A stretch of DNA of 64,000 nucleotides, from the NCBI GenBank assembly GCA_965178125.1, contig OZ237748.1, positions 186,001-250,000 on the forward strand, in the 5' to 3' direction. Below the pieces are notes generated by a model, which was given only the letters and a program-made list of their open reading frames with translations, made no database searches and had not been told where the DNA came from. The stretch comes from Bilabrum cf. latius. Taxonomy: Eukaryota. The translations under genes were made by a program, and so were the position numbers. Positions 61,132 through 64,000 of the stretch are shown here, in pieces (the stretch's first letter is position 1; every line of letters begins with the position of its first letter).

Positions 61132-62380
61132 AAGGGCCCATTCCGCAGGAGCCGGGGGCAAAGCGGGCTGCCGAAATGGAGGCTAATGGGAAAAAAGGCC
61201 TGGATTACCGTAGCGGGGGTGTGTGTCTGGTCATGTAATTTGAAATTGGGGCTGGAGCTTGTCTCGGAATGGCAGCTCGGGCCACTGCTTGCTTGCTGTG
61301 ACTGACTGTATACGGATGAATCCAAATCAGATCAGATCCAAATGGATCAAGCTGACTGTATCATTGGTGCATCGCCCATGTTATATGTACCTGGACATCA
61401 GGATTGAAGCAACGGGGAGCAGAGGTGAGACGGACGACGAGGTGGGCGCAGGAGGACAGGAGGTGGAGAAGAAGAGGGGAACACCGGCACAGGCGAAGAC
61501 ATTGCGGTGTCAACAGGGAGAACACAACGGGAGGAATGGGGGCTCCAGGTGCAAGGCACGAGGGAGACGCGGGTGGCAGCGGACTGCATGGCCAGCAGCA
61601 CGCAGAAGGCCAACAGGTGGGTGGACAGATGGGGCGCACGGCAGGTCGGCCAGGACCGGCGCGTGCAAGCTGAAAGGATAGGGCCAAGGTGGCAATGCTG
61701 GGATAAAAGCACACGGTCCCTAGGGCGGGGAACAGGAACAGGAAGCCATGTGGCGACGAGGCCAGTCGGGTGCATGGGGAAAGTGGTGTGTACATTCGTA
61801 GTGTCAGATGAATACCGCATTCAGGTGGACCGGTGAAGAACCAGTCGTTCGGGGTGAAGCCCAGTGGGTCCGCGGGACCGGGGGCAGGAATTTTTCTCTC
61901 AATGTTTGTTGTCAAAGCAATCATGTGCATACAACACCCTTCGAATCTGATGGCTACCATACTAATATAGGAGTCAAATGTAGTGACACGATAAAAACGA
62001 CAGTTTCATCTACATCCAACAATGGACTGCGGCAAAGGCCCAGACGTGACCCGGGCGCCTCGCCGGCTGTGCGCGGCGCCTAAATGAGTTCCGCTCACAC
62101 AAATATGGTCGGCAGCTGCTACCGAAAATCAAGATTCGTTCGTTCGTTCGCTACCGCCTCTTGGAAGGCATTAGTCCGATTGTTCTATCAGTTTGAGATG
62201 TGAGGACGTTTGTATCTGTCTTTTTAGTATCTGTACAACTTGGTCAGGCTGACACCGCTCCGCGGCAGCTGTTGTATCCGAGCTACCTATGGTGCGCTGA
62301 AATCTGCTCGTGGATTCAATCCATATGAGTATGATTAACATGGTACATAGAATATTAAGGTTAATAATCAAAAATCACAG

Positions 62381-63993
62381 GGGAGACACACTTCTCACAG
62401 CAGCCCTAAATGGCAAAGTGGACGCCCTGAGGGCCTGTCTGGATTCGGGAACGGACATCGAATCCAGAGATGGCGTGAGATTGAGTACCTTGTCCATCTA
62501 TTAGATTCCTTTTTGAGTTAGTGTTCTTGTTTACACCATAAGGTCCACGTACAAGCTGTCACGGAGCTCCCAAGTGATGATATCCTCCTTTGGAGACCTG
62601 ATGCACGCCATCGATTCGTTGATGAGCTAAATCAGGGGGTGATACGGGGAGGCTGCAGAGGCTGATGTGTACATGATACTCAAATGCACCTCTAGTTCTG
62701 CTTCCTCTCCGCGCTTGGCCATCAGCGGATCCTCACCCCCCGCCACCAGGTTGCTCCCTTCCCTCGGGGTCTGCCACCCGCGACTACCCACCAACGGTTT
62801 TATATTTCTTGAGTGCATTGCAGGATGGTTGGACAGCTGCATACTATGCGGTATGGAAAGGCGACACCGAGTTGCTGAAGGTGCTCATCGAGAGGGGCGC
62901 CAACGTGAACGCTGCCAGAGACGTGAGAGAGAGAGGCTGCCTGCCCCACAGGGCGGGTTGTATGTGGTACCTGTGATATTTGATTTGGCGCGAGAGTTCA
63001 TCATGCTGGCATATCATTGGCTCCTCGTCGATCGAGCCGGGCCGGACCCCCGAGCGAGTGCTCCCCAGTGACTGATGAAGTCTCGAGGGGAGGGGCGATT
63101 TATTCTTGCTTTCTTGTGTATGCGGTCGATTGTATGTTGGTATGATTTGACTTTTCATGTCCTAGAGTATTGGTGCGAGGGTGGTTGGCCATCGCTCAGC
63201 CTCGGCCGGCTGGTCCACCTGGCTTTCGTGCTGGGTGAGGACAGGGGCAGGTGAGTGGTGGCTTGCAGGATGTGGATTCACAGGGATCGTGTCTAGGTTT
63301 TCGAGGCGAATGTTTACAGATTGATCGACTTAATATAGTAGCTATGTCCAAGGTTGGTTGTTGATCGATGACAACTGCCCGGGGGATAACAGGACTGGCC
63401 TGAGCATGGCCTTTGTGACGAGCATTCAGCTCGATCCTCATTCCCTGGCTTGCGCCTCCGATTGGCAGAGTTCAATGATTTTGCACTGATTAGTACATAC
63501 ATAGTATGACAAAGATGTGATTAATTTGAGTCACTAGCCTTTCGGGACATCAACTGCCAGCGAGCCGGCCGCCGCCCGTCCCCGCAGAGGGCCCCTCGGC
63601 TATCTCAGCCCCCAGGCGGATTCAGAGGCCGGGACCGGTCCCTGTCGTGATGGAATGGCTCGATAGGACAATTGGTGTATGTTTGGATTGGTTTTAATTT
63701 TGGTGATTTTGTCCCTCGAGCGGGAATTGATCCGGGAACTACACCCCTTGGACCCAGAGGGACTCCCACCAGTCCCTCCCAAAGCCCCCCACACCCCCAG
63801 CACCCGCCCCATGCCCACACACATCCACACCGACACCCACTCCGATCACACCCCCTGCTCCCCCTACCCCTTGTCTTCCATCCTTTGACCAAAGAATGGA
63901 TACACACCCGTTCATGCGGCATCCATGTATGGGAGGAAAGGCTGCCTTCGACTGCTGCTTGAAAATGGGGGGGACGTGCATGCGGTGAATGAG
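62381..63993 (+). CDS. Ankyrin-repeat protein, partial; exons 62381-62474, 62824-62922, 63895-63993; continues beyond the window
   Basis: Three AG|exon|GTGAGA-bounded segments encode GDTLLTAALNGKVDALRACLDSGTDIESRDG, DGWTAAYYAVWKGDTELLKVLIERGANVNAARD and NGYTPVHAASMYGRKGCLRLLLENGGDVHAVNE. The last two are exactly 99 nt. First exon not located. Confidence 0.85.
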
Positions 63994-64000
63994 GTGAGAG

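Noticed and set aside
1-64000. tRNA (including a CUA-anticodon tRNA), rRNA or transposase/RT genes
   Set aside because: None recognised by eye. tRNAscan-SE and HMM searches under table 15 would be needed to exclude them.

Overview
GC-rich, mostly intron-poor eukaryotic nuclear DNA (GT-AG introns, an RRP5 gene, ankyrin exons). The style resembles a heterotrophic protist such as a stramenopile/bicosoecid, but the taxon is inference only. Main result: the genome does not use the standard code. Neighbouring ORF fragments lie in the same frame and are separated only by TAG (47 in-frame TAGs counted by hand in six genes, including the essential RRP5, with no internal TAA/TGA). TAG replaces CAG/CAA at conserved positions of internal repeats and paralogs, and genes end in TAA or TGA. 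This points to UAG=Gln with UAA still a stop. Read this way, the window holds four related surface proteins (two with FG-GAP propellers), a ~2660-aa RCC1-repeat/IPT/multi-TM protein, a tandem pair of LRR-like paralogs (one disrupted), a ~3820-aa RRP5, a PINK1-like kinase C-lobe fragment and the start of a one-repeat-per-exon ankyrin gene. There are also many minisatellites. A second unexplained signal is the 12-mer CACTCGTCACAC/GTGTGACGAGTG, with 21 exact copies in both orientations and several frames, 17 of them inside RRP5.
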